Shown here piece after piece: positions 52,521-63,200 of a stretch of 64,000 nt of DNA. Location: positions 27,156,001 to 27,220,000 of the forward strand of contig NC_092674.1 in NCBI RefSeq assembly GCF_964355755.1, given 5' to 3'. A model generated the notes under the pieces. That model made no database searches, was not told the origin of the DNA, and saw only the letters and a list, made by a program, of their open reading frames with translations. This DNA comes from Antedon mediterranea (Eukaryota; Animalia; Echinodermata). Positions within the stretch are counted from its first letter, which is position 1; each line of letters opens with the position of its first letter. The position numbers and the translations under genes are program-made.

Positions 52521-52665
52521 CCTCTACACCACATGCGCACATGCTGGAGTTGATTGGAGCTCCCGCCCAATTATACATAGGTTGATTATCTCGACTCACC
52601 AACCAGCCATATGGAATGTTATAACGCCGATTGCGTATCATAAGTACAGAACTTTTACATTCGTA
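52521..52665 (-). CDS. Gene A exon 4 (YECKSSVLM...YGWLVSRDNQPMYNWAGAPINSSMCACGVE)
   Basis: Acceptor TTTAATTAG ends at 52666, donor G|GTAAGT at 52521/52520. 145 bp, the same length as gene B exon 4. Confidence 0.85.
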
Positions 52666-52715
52666 CTAATTAAAATATAAGAAAAAACATTTAAACGTAT
52701 TAGTAGAGTTATTTA

Positions 52716-52878
52716 AGCTCTGTCTACACTATCAAAGTTTATGTGACAAAAAAATATGAAGTGCCCATATATTGACATGATTATGTCGTATCACGACCTT
52801 ATTTGGGCATGTTGTCACTACCATATTTTGTCACATCACACGTTTTTGTCAAACTAGTTTGATCGTGTAGACAGAGCT
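52716..52878. mobile_element. Harbinger-like MITE (TIR AGCTCTGTCTACACTATCAAA), gene A intron 3
   Basis: Inverted termini with TWA flanks. The same family occurs at 4236-4388, 34898-34930, 57402-57547 and 61494-61622. Confidence 0.75.
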
Positions 52879-53163
52879 TAAGACGGTGCGCTTTTTCTAC
52901 CAACAAGATGATAATTGATAAAACTCGTCAGTAGGCCTATATTTCATTTTTATGTTTTTTTCTACGGTTCCGTTTTTGCCGATTTCTGTGACCGATCATA
53001 CGTATGTTCTGTATGTGTTGTGTGTACTGATGTGATATGACGCTCATCGCAGCAGTCACAGACGCAAGATGTTAGATAATAATATTATAGGCCTTCTCTG
53101 CCAGAAAAACAAAGTGTATGATATGATATATAATGTATTACAATTTAAACAATACAAACTTAC

Positions 53164-53318
53164 CCCTACATACTGTCTACATGAGCGCGAGTTCATTACC
53201 AGCTTTTTCAGTTGAGTTGAGGTCAGTTGGTAGTCTGGACGGAATTCGAATTCACCAGCCTTGTCACGATTTCGAACACGTACTGGTCTTTTTCTTACAT
53301 GATGAACGATTGTCAATC
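53164..53318 (-). CDS. Gene A exon 3 (GLTIVHH...YQLTSTQLKKLVMNSRSCRQYVG)
   Basis: Acceptor TTTTTATGTAAG ends at 53319, donor GGG|GTAAGT at 53164/53163. Phase 1 to 0. CASPR-like S..CxQY motif. Confidence 0.82.
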
Positions 53319-53346
53319 CTTACATAAAAAATAGTTACTAATACCC

Positions 53347-53651
53347 ATCAATCGATCAATCAATCAATCGATAATTTAGTCAATCAATCAGTTATAGCCA
53401 GTCAATCAGTAATCAATCAATCAGTTAATCAAACAATTAATCAATCAATCAGTTATAACCAGTCAATTAATCAGTAATCAATCAACCAATCACTTAAATA
53501 ATCAATCAATCGATCATTTAGTTAATTAATCAATCAATCAGTTATAGCCAATAAGTAATCAATCAATCAGTTAATCAATCAATTAATCAATTATTTATAG
53601 CCAGTCAATTAATCAGTAATCAATCAATCAATCAATACTCAATCAATTAAT
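53347..53651. repeat. Degenerate (AATC)n microsatellite filling most of gene A intron 2
   Basis: Runs of AATCAATC with periodic AGTTATAGCCAGTC interruptions. Confidence 0.9.
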
Positions 53652-53687
53652 CTACGCGATAAACGGGTGGTTAACAAAACAACCAAC

Positions 53688-53951
53688 CTATATCTGTTTC
53701 TGTTGTCATGTCACACTTGACTGTGAACGGCTCTACACCACCAGGACCGTCAGGATCAATGCCGTAGAAGTTATCTTCCGTTAATCCAGCCTTCTTGATT
53801 TCATTGCAGGACGGTAGGTACTGCTGTGTTGCGACTGTTGTGGCAAGGGGAGGTTGCGGAACTGTTGTCTTTGGCTCAGGATCTGGGGTATCAGGTAAAG
53901 GAACAGGGGGTGCTGGCGTTTCCGGTATACGTTCAAGTGCTTCATATAGTT
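53688..53951 (-). CDS. Gene A exon 2: Pro/Thr stalk and start of the fibrinogen-like domain (SCNEIKKAG...YGIDPDGPGGVEPFTVKCDM)
   Basis: Acceptor CTTTTTCAG ends at 53952, donor G|GTTGGT at 53688/53687. Phases 1/1. Confidence 0.85.
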
Positions 53952-54150
53952 CTGAAAAAGATAGTAAGAACAATAAGAAGGAGGCCAGAGCCTAACGCAA
54001 TTCTTATGCTATAATAAAGGTCTCCAGTAAGTTTATAGTCTTATTTGACTTAAGTTGTACTTATGTGAGCTTTTAAGTGAGACCTAAAACTCCTTATAAA
54101 TACTCCACTCTCCTTAAAACAATTACGAGAACCTTGTTTTAAAATCTTAC

Positions 54151-54400
54151 CATCGATTTGTACTTGTATAGGCTGCATTGACCTGTAGCTAGCCTGCTGC
54201 CTATTGTTTAACGTCTGCCTTGATGTACTTCGTCCGCTATCTATCGATCTATCGATTTTTGTTTTAAGTTCATTTTCCATTTCCGTCAGCATTCTGTTCT
54301 GTATGTTTAACACACTACTAAGTTTGTCTTGTAGGGCAGACAGGTCTCCGGCTACAAAAACTACCATCGCCCCCACATAAATCCAAATCGTCAGATACAT
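54151..54400 (-). CDS. Gene A exon 1: signal peptide and coiled coil of a secreted CASPR-type fibrinogen-like protein (330 aa over 5 exons)
   Basis: MYLTIWIYVGAMVVFVAG signal-like sequence, heptad-like LSALQDKLSSVLNIQNRMLTEMENELKTKI, donor G|GTAAGA at 54151/54150 (phase 1). Confidence 0.8.
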
Positions 54401-56586
54401 GTTGCTGAAGCTCGGGCTAGGCCGTCAACAACAACAACAGTCGTAAGGCCAAGAGCAGTAGCTTAAACTATGACAGGATTTCCAATGAACAACCCCAAGT
54501 GTACGTGAAGCGTCTGATATATCCGGAGTATATCATTCCTATTGTCTATTTAGGCGGTTTACTTCCCTGCTAAGAAATAGCAGACAAGAATCGTAGAAAT
54601 AATTATAAAATGTCACCGTACACAGCATGTCACACATCACTGTAAATGTCACGCCATATTTTGTTGCTCTCATCTCGGTAGGAAATAATGTTCGTTGATT
54701 GAACAAATAATTTGAGAAAAAACTATTTTGCACCCGACATTTTTTGTGAAAACGAAAATAATAACCAGTTTTATTGGTTCAGCTTTAAAGAATTTCTTAA
54801 AATCTTTTCAACCTAAGTAATTCCTGCACTAAAATTGTAAACCGTGTCTTTCCGAAGTGAATAACAAGTTTAAAAGTGATGTTACTTATTTCAAATTAAT
54901 TTAACATAATACACATACATTGTCGTTTGTCGGTCTCTGATTGTAATCAGTATATATTTCATATTAAATAATTAAATTATTTTAGTTCTCATTATATATT
55001 TTGGTTGTTTGATTGTTCATGCTGTAGAGCTTGTGAGGTCAATTGTAACGAACAAACTATTTTCTCCGGTTACAACCGAATTAACTACATGTAGGGCCTA
55101 CGTATGAAAATTAAATTTGTTTTTTTTTACGCCTGCACTTTGTATCAACCATTGTGGTGTCCGTAATATTGGAACCTTTAATACAGTTATTATACGTTAT
55201 TATACATTGGAAAGAATAAATCTTTCATAGAAGAAATCCCTGAAGAAGAAACAGTGTTTCGCCGAAAGTTTGGCACTCTGACTTTTTTTATTTAATTTTT
55301 GCTTTATTTATCAACTGAGACCCAGTCACGGTTACAATTATAGCTTTGGTATTTTTCAGTAATTTGCTTTTGGATTAGTACTGTATTACCAAAGAAGCAT
55401 GAATAGATTGATTTATAAAGTAAAGAACGATTTTCACCATCATAATGGTCACGGAGATTGCAACCCTCCCTGCTATCTCTAAGAAGACTGGATCATTGTT
55501 TGAGGACATTTCAATTTGAGCGCAGCACTTAGCCTACTTGCACTTCGCAATTTCTAGATTTTGTATATTGTAAAACGTAAAATTTCGCGAAATAAAGGGC
55601 TCACGAAAATCGCGAAATTTTTAAGATTGAGTTGTTTACTTGCAGTATATAATAATACAGTATAGAAAATGAAAAAGATTATAAAAAGGCTAGTATTTAT
55701 ATCCTTAGTTTATAATACTATATATCCATCTCTAGCCCATCGATAGCTTCCCAAACGGAAGTGTCAAGTAGTCTTCGACGGTCATCAAGTTCTTACGCAG
55801 ATGGCGTACAGTTCGTCTTCCTTTTCTACCACGATATAGCCTTGATATACTACAATTTTCAGTATTTACGTGCATCGAATTCCTTTACAAATATATTTTG
55901 GCCCATGTGAATTGAACGTAGGAACACTGCGACAAAATCACCAGGAAAATGCGTGGCTGGTGATATCTCAAATATATGTTTGCTTGGGTATTTTACGCAC
56001 GTACTGCGGAAATTGCGTACACGAAAGGTCTTGTGGGACCATAATACTAGAAATCTAGGAATGTAATTGTTCTGCTATAAAGGTCACTTTATTAACTTCC
56101 GCTTGAAGCAGAACATAAGCAGAATCCTGAATTTTTGGAAAGCAAAATGACTTGGTTTGAGTGGAACAACAGTCAGATAAACATGTGTTTTCTACCAAAA
56201 GTTTATTGAGCACCATGACAATATTGACAGAAAAAAAAATTGTTTACTATACAATAATTTTCAGAAAAACAAATCAAATCTTATCTGTAGAAAGTTCTAC
56301 AACCCATTCATTATAAATGATTAATTTAAGACTTGTTATTTATCAATTTACAAGCACGGTAGAACGATACAATACACTAGTAATACTTTGTTATCGAGAT
56401 AATGATAACCAAAACCTAAGTAAATTGGAAAACGTTGATAATGACGATAACTAACAAACGATAACACTAACAATATTACTCGATGTGTTGATATTTTGCA
56501 GCAATGAATTTCACTACAGTATTCTTCTACATGAACAGGTCTATTTTTAGAAACAGTTTGTCAAGTTAAGCACGTGACAAGGCCCA

Positions 56587-56771
56587 TTACACTTTGCATT
56601 CTAAGCTACCAAGTGTTAGACCTCCGACCTCTTTTTTACCAGCGACGTCGCCGAGATGAACTGATTTGATCGGTAGAGTATCGATATCGTCCAGATAACC
56701 ACTATCACTCAATTTCTGCTTAGATTCATTTGCATCGCAGTTACATTTCACATTGTCGTTAATACATGTAC
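56587..56771 (-). CDS. Gene B exon 5 (GTCINDNVKCNCDANE...DSGYLDDIDTLPIKSVHLGDVAG...LTLGSLECKV*)
   Basis: Translated by hand. Acceptor ATTCCTCAG ends at 56772 and the stop TAA ends at 56587. Aligns with gene A exon 5. Confidence 0.86.
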
Positions 56772-56915
56772 CTGAGGAATGTATAACAACACTATGTTAA
56801 TAATACGTGTGAAAAGGAAGAAACTTAATTGATCGAGTAATGTAAAAAGATCAGCCTGAGCGGAAGTATTTCCCAGGGTGAAAGTTCATATAAATTGCAT
56901 GACAATAATACATAC

Positions 56916-57060
56916 CCGTGACTCCGCATGCGCAAGAGAGGGAATTGGTCGGTGCACCTCCCCAGTTGATCATCTCCTCGCCATCTCTTGAAAGTAACCA
57001 GCCATGATGAAGCTTCTTCTTCTTGTGGTAGGCCAAGAGCACGGCACTTGTGCATGAATA
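56916..57060 (-). CDS. Gene B exon 4 (YSCTSAVLL...HGWLLSRDGEEMINWGGAPTNSLSCACGVT)
   Basis: Acceptor TTTCTTGCAG ends at 57061, donor G|GTATGT at 56916/56915. 145 bp. Confidence 0.86.
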
Positions 57061-57401
57061 CTGCAAGAAACAAGAGAGGGATAGTTAAAACGTAGTCTGG
57101 GTTCCAGACGGAGTTTTGTCTTAATATTAGTCGAAACTGTAACTCCAATCCTATAGACAGCTTTTACAAACTAACACTATACAGTTAGAGCTAGAGAACA
57201 GAAATTTAAGATGCTACCATTCTGGAAACTGTAACTCCAAAAACTAACACTATGCAGTTAGAGAAAAGATACTGTTGACTCCAGATGTTTTAATGAAAGT
57301 AATAATACAGGCATATCAATTATTTAAAAAAAATGTCAACCCAAGTCAAGAATGAAAGTTATAGAGAAATCTGGGAAGGAGGCGTTAATCAGACTGCTTT
57401 A

Positions 57402-57547
57402 AGCTCTGTCTACACTATCAAACTAGTAATGATGTGCCCAATATGGTAGTGATATGCCCAAATATGGTAGTGATATGACATCATCATTTTCATTATGGGC
57501 ACATCACATTTTTTTGTCACATAAAGTTTGATAGTGTAGACAAGGCT
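57402..57547. mobile_element. Same Harbinger-like MITE family, gene B intron 3, opposite orientation
   Basis: AGCTCTGTCTACACTATCAAA ... TTTGATAGTGTAGACAAGGCT, with internal GCCCAAATATGGTAGTGATAT repeats. Confidence 0.75.
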
Positions 57548-57584
57548 TTAGCCAACTTTGTCCAACGCAACGTTTCCAACTTAC

Positions 57585-57745
57585 ACTAATATATTGTCTG
57601 CACTCTGTCGAAGCTGTTACAACCGCCAAAATTTGCTCTGCGTTCAACAAGTATTCAGGAGTGAATACGTTCGCACCTGGGTCATCTAAACCTTTGATTC
57701 TGATAGGCATAGTTGAAGCTTGTTGAACACCGATTGTAGTATATG
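57585..57745 (-). CDS. Gene B exon 3 (AYTTIGVQQ...EYLLNAEQILAVVTASTECRQYIS)
   Basis: Acceptor TCTCTTACCAG ends at 57746, donor AGT|GTAAGT at 57585/57584. Phase 1 to 0. Confidence 0.83.
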
Positions 57746-57941
57746 CTGGTAAGAGAAAGTATTGATCAAGTATAAATATGTATTGATTGGTATTGATTTA
57801 TTTATTCAGCATATAGTGGACATATGATAAAATATAGGCCGATCAATTATCAGTGACGACACTACGTAAAGACGCATAATTATGTCGCGGCGTACAAAGG
57901 CTGATATTTTTACGACGCGCGCGCCAAGTCACTACACTAAC

Positions 57942-58229
57942 CTCCATTGTCGGTCATGTTGCAGTATACTTCAAACTCTTCCATAGGTCCGTCTACGCCA
58001 TCTGGGTCAATCATGTAGTTACCATTGATGTCGAATCCAGAGTCTCTGACATCTTGACAGTGACGATAGCTTGGTGGGCCTGCGGCTTTAGTCGTTGTTT
58101 TGGTAGTGGTTGTTGGAGGCTCGGTTGTTGGCACCGTCGTTGTTGGTGGCGGTGGTGGTGGTTTGGTGGGTTTTTTCGCTACTGGTACAGTTTCTTTCTC
58201 TACTGGTACAGTTTCTCTGGCTTTCAAAT
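57942..58229 (-). CDS. Gene B exon 2: Pro/Thr stalk and HCQDVRDSG...YMIDPDGVDGPMEEFEVYCNM
   Basis: Acceptor CAATTAG ends at 58230, donor G|GTTAGT at 57942/57941. Phases 1/1. Confidence 0.83.
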
Positions 58230-58356
58230 CTAATTGATTGAATGAAGAGATTTTATTACCTTTTAAAAGAATAGTTTGATTTTTGTCTTTGTTGTCTGGA
58301 TTTAAATTCACTTTACTGTTCTACTACATTGGTCAAGAAGTATTTGTCATACTTAC

Positions 58357-58612
58357 CATCTATTTGGCTCTGTAGTTCGGCTACCTTTGATTCGGTATCT
58401 GCCAAAAGTCTGGTTTCCAATTCTCTTAGTTCGTTTTCAAAATTCGTCTCAAGGTTTTCGATCTCGTCATTGAGTTCGTTAAAGATTTCGCGTAACAATT
58501 CTGCTTGCGTGTCTATTAAACGTTCCACGTTGTCACTAACATCGGCGATCGACGGACGAAAAACAGACAGACAGACTAAGACAAGGATGGAGATTGTTTT
58601 TAAACCTGCCAT
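58357..58612 (-). CDS. Gene B first coding exon: signal peptide and acidic coiled coil (paralog of gene A, 344 aa over 5 coding exons)
   Basis: Acceptor TTTTTCAG directly precedes the ATG at 58612. Signal MAGLKTISILVLVCLSVFRPSIA, heptads LNDEIENLETNFENELRELETRL. Ends QIDG with donor G|GTAAGT, as in gene A. Confidence 0.82.
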
Positions 58613-60954
58613 CTGAAAAAAGAAGAAAACAATATCAATCAATCATTTGTCGATTAAATTTGATAACAATCAACAACTTACTGTCACAAGATGCTAGCGC
58701 GGCTCGCACAGATTGTGTCGAAATATCGTAATGTGAAGGAAGGACGTGATATTCTAAATCAGGTTCAGTTTTCGTTAGAAAGTTTTCAATAATAAACAAA
58801 AACTTAACGATAAACTGACCTTGGTTCGCTAGTTGTGACTTGTTTAAAGGTATACTCTAAATTTATTTTTATCTATTGGCAAGCATGGGGATTATATTGA
58901 CCCGAATTGTTAATTTACAGAACTTTTCTTCCGTTTAGATTTCACAATTTTACGATAATGGTAACATGTTTGTTTTTGTTTAAATTAAGATGGTGAGAGT
59001 ATGCGCTGTTATGCACGTTAATACCTAGAATTCTATTTAACCTCACGACACCTGTTCTAAGATTTACCTCATTTAATATTCAAATACTTTTATACGTTAC
59101 GGTTTATGGAGTTTTTGTTCACAGGCAACAATTTAATAAATTGAGAAAAATCGTCACAAAATAAAGAAAATATGAAACGCAATGGGTGCATTAACAGTAC
59201 ATATAACAAACGAATATTATGTTGAAAACTGAGAAAATATAATTCTTTTTAAAGTTAATACACAACGTTAAGTGATTATTACAAAAATCAATTTCGTATC
59301 AGCCAGTGTGGATAATAGAATGTACATGTCAAACTTTTTAAAAACTCTTCTCATGAAGAAGTTTTCTTTATTTCCCCTATTTCATAAGTTTTTAAAATTG
59401 TTAATTCCTTGTTTGATTTAAGAGATACTTGAAACTTGTTTGTCATTATTCGTGCCAAATTCGTTGACCCAGCCCCATCAATTTGTTTTTATTATAAGCA
59501 TTGTCGAGTAATGGATTAAAGTTTAAATTGAAAAACAGATCTACGTGTGTACCTCAACATTAGAAAAAGAAATTAAAGAAAATATATTTTATATCAAAAT
59601 ACTCAAACGGTTAAAAGCGTGAAGCAAAGCGTGAAGCAAAGCGTCAACGAAGTTAAATATGCCTGCTTCCTACAACACGGTAGTGCTACGAACATTTATG
59701 AAACGCACGTGAAACGCGTGTAATATTCGTGCAACCAGCTAGAATATATAAAGCATCCGACATATAATTGATTGTTTAGCACTCGATTTTTACTCGAAAC
59801 TATTAGTATATAGTGTTTTGTTTCTATACAGTATTCATATAGACCGTAGGTTTTCGTCGGCATGTCTTCTTCCAAGCGATTTGCAAATTCATTTTTTCAT
59901 GGAATTAGTTCCGTTTATTAAGCACAATGTGAGTCCCATGTTATTTAGAAAACAATGGTACCAAGCAAATTAGTCTAACCACACGAATATCAGCATGCCG
60001 AATACTTCCGAACGTGCATGAATTGACAATGTATACCAGTTTACGGTTCGAAACTGCGAAATATCGGAATGTGCTACGAGACACGCTTAATGCGAAACGA
60101 GACAGCACGAAATACACACGTGGACCTACCACCACGTATTTTAAATAACAATATTTATGTATAGGCCTACTAATTAAATAAGACTAAATTAACCTACTAT
60201 CTCTAGATAGACTCATTTGTATAGTACTGTATTCGTAATAAATGTTGCCTTTTGTTACGTAGGCCTACCTGCCTGAGGCCTATTCAAAACAAGACTTGCG
60301 CCTAGTCCAGGTCTATTGTTTAACTGACTAAAATGTGTATTAAAGAAACTGTAAACGTTCCACCAATTTAGAACAAAAAAAAATTGATATAGAAAATATT
60401 ACCTTGGAAATAATTGCTTGATTTCTTTGTGTTAGTCCTACCAAACGGGACTATACCTCACTCTTTGCAGCCTTCAAGACAATTAACTTTCCGGTAAGTC
60501 CGTCTAACTGTGATGTCATTATACTCTCTTACTTAACTGACCAATCAGTGAAGCGCATTAATATCGCGTTCTCAGAGGCCACAAACTTTAGCTGGACACG
60601 CCAATCTATTATTTATGTACTTTTTTCTGTTTCGACGAGGTAAACTATAAACTAAAGTCATCGTAAATCAGGAAATATATTTCCATTAAATTTGTAAATG
60701 TGTAAACATGCCATCTATGCCAATTAAAAGAAGAGTAGAGAGAAAGTTGCGCATGATACATAAAATAACCAGATGATGAGCCGGGTCGGATATATTGAAC
60801 CGAGGGGAAAACTGGACAGATCTAAAACAACAAAACTCTTCGACCAGCATGTTATTAAAAAAAATATTGTTTTATAGAACAGAAACTTTATTAACTTGGG
60901 CATAGTTTATTGAAAGGGGGCCTTAATCGACGGGACCAACCGAAAAACAGAAAA

Positions 60955-61295
60955 TCCGTATGGTCTGATCTGAAACTCTTCAACCTCTCTGCTAAATTTA
61001 GCCGAACATAATGATTCAGTATTGTTTTACCAGGTAGGGTTTAATTTGGATATTTCCGGAAGAGGTTTATCTCCACATGTAATTGGACCGACCGACAAAC
61101 TGTATGGTCAGATATAAACAAGCTACAATACCATCCGACCTCTCTGTTATATCATGGAGAAATAACTTATTTCTCCATGGTTATATTTTGTCAAACTTAA
61201 TTATTTGGTATTGTTTTACCAGACACACGATTTAATTCACTTGGACACTATTTCCGGAAAAGGTCTCTCCACTTGCAATTGGTTCAGACGGAAAC
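60955..61295. repeat. Diverged tandem duplication, two units of about 145-190 bp
   Basis: GTATGGTC.GAT...ACCTCTCTG...GTATTGTTTTACCAG...ATTTCCGGAA.AGG...CTCCAC.TG.AATTGG occurs twice. Confidence 0.8.
61153..61179. mobile_element. Putative P-element excision footprint (27-bp palindrome, 7-bp TSD)
   Basis: GTTATAT|CATGGAGAAATAA-C-TTATTTCTCCATG|GTTATAT. It is absent from the sister unit of the tandem duplication. Confidence 0.65.
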
Positions 61296-61493
61296 AATAT
61301 GAAAAGGCGGTTTCCGTGTGACAGACAATAGCAAACTGTCAGAATTGTGTTTTTTTATAGTATTGAGTTAATTCAGGTCAAACTATTCGGATATAAACTC
61401 TTTCAGTTACGATGCACTCATGGATCGACTCTGGTTTTAAAGGACAGGACAGGCGCCATGACATTTTGTTATGTAAGGTTCAGCAAAGTATAA

Positions 61494-61622
61494 ATGTGAT
61501 GTGCCTATATATGGGCATGATGATGTCATATCACTACCATATTTAGGCATACAACTACCTTATTTAGGCACATCATAATCATCATTTTTTTTTCATACTA
61601 GTTTGATAGTGTAGACAGAGCT
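61494..61622. mobile_element. Partial copy of the AGCTCTGTCTACAC MITE family
   Basis: TGTGATGTGCCTATAT...TCACTACCATATTT...GTTTGATAGTGTAGACAGAGCT. Confidence 0.65.
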
Positions 61623-62225
61623 ACAGTTCAGCACTATTAAATTGTGATACAATTGTTTACCAGTCATAGTTGTTAAGAAAGGATTCTTCTGATGAGGGGG
61701 CGCTCTTTATCTAGCACCAACACAAAAACAACAAGACATGCATATCATTTATCAAAATATAATATGGTTAAAAACCGAATTATTCCCATTGTACCCATTA
61801 ACCTACAATTCTCATTCCTGTATTTTTAATAATATAAATATATATAAATGTATGAATGAAGCATGCACCCGATACCCGTATAGAATAGCAAACAAATACA
61901 AATAAAACATCAGTATTTAACGCATGACAATTTTGTGTAATGCCTTTAAATATAGCAATGCTACTCCTGGTGTGCATACAATTCCGCCAACTAAGATTTT
62001 AAAAGTTAAAAATAGTAGTTATAAGGATAAAAGGTCTACTACGTCTGTAAATTGTTAAAACCAAATCGTGATTGGCTGAGAGAATTCACGTTCACTATCG
62101 CAGCAATAGGCCTATATAATACTTTACACCCTGCATTAAATACATTTTAACAATTTAATTTTTAAAATTGATATATTCCTAAATACTTGTATAGGAGCGG
62201 CGACGGAAAGCCTTATTGCAGCTAA

Positions 62226-62661
62226 AGCGTGGTTCCCACTAGCGACGCAACGTAACGCAACGCAACGCAACGCTAAAGCGTAGTTCCCACTAGCGACGGA
62301 ACACAAGGACGTAACGCAACGCAAGTGAATTGACCAATCACAAGCGATGGCTTATTGGCTTGTGATTGCTAACTGTCTATAACTTCGCTTGTCATTGGTT
62401 AAAACGCTTGCGTTGCATTTACGTCCTTGCGTTACGTTCTAGTGGGAACCAAGCTTTAGTATTGACGCAATGTGCTGTATTGTAATCACAAGTGAGAACC
62501 GAAACAGTGCTGCAAACATCGCAGGTTTCATTTCTCGCAGGCGGGGAAAACTCAAATATTGGAAGGGCATTTTGTTACGCTGCGTAAGTTGTGTTACGTT
62601 GCGTCGCAAGTGGGAACCAACCTTAAGTTGCGTTACGTTGCGTCCTAGTGGGAACCACGCG
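62226..62661. mobile_element. Nest of related Harbinger-like MITEs (GGTTCCCACTAG termini)
   Basis: Left termini at 62226 and 62277; right termini at 62455, 62623 and 62661; (AACGC)n tracts. Confidence 0.72.
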
Positions 62662-62817
62662 TTACAATGTGTGTTTGATGTGAATGATGCACTATTTACA
62701 TAAACATAATATTATTATGATTTGGAATTTAAATCTACCAGCAGGGATGTATACACATAAACACCAATTACGATGAATGTCATTCATATGCAAAGAAGAG
62801 GGCTGACGTACGCTAAA

Positions 62818-63200
62818 TTAAGTTGAAAACCCTGCAGTATACTGTATTCTAAAAGTGTTTTTCCTTTGAAATTTGTGGAAGCAGGTGCCGTTTTGCGTAG
62901 TACACACGCCACAGGAAAGTACCAAAAACAAAATTATTATAAAAATTACAAGCTGCTTTAAGTAAGGTGGCGGCATAACGTATGGTGGGATGTACTCCGT
63001 CACCTCCCCTTCACACGTAACACACGATGTTCTATTATAACGTATCGTGATATGTTTTGATTTCCTCTATACACAGTCTGTTTTAACATGAAGACCTAGT
63101 TTCATGCGTTATGTACATGTGCTTCTTCACTATTTACATTATTGAATACCAATAAACGCAAATCTATATTATAGACGTATTGCAGTCTACCAGTACCAAC
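62818..63200 (-). pseudogene. Decayed tandem duplicate of the last EGF/TSP1/TM segment of the upstream gene
   Basis: CEGEVTEYIPPYVMPPPYLKQLVIFIIILFL resembles CKGESEMERFCVYMPPYVVPPHWYLLKLIAVVL, and QNISRYVIIE resembles QYRSRNVMHE. Frameshifts separate these blocks. Confidence 0.65.

Noticed and set aside
55730-55900. Possible third paralog exon between genes A and B (VYQGYIVVEKEDELYAI vs VDEGYVMDKRYLPLSAI)
   Set aside because: The similarity is short, lacks the CNCD and terminal Cys motifs, and runs into stops; it cannot be distinguished from chance by eye.
50372-58612. Calling genes A and B CNTNAP/CASPR orthologs, or one gene
   Set aside because: There are no laminin-G, discoidin, EGF or TM exons, and each gene has its own signal peptide and stop codon.
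61689-61712. CTGATGAG hammerhead-like start
   Set aside because: No downstream GAAA core, so the motif is incomplete.
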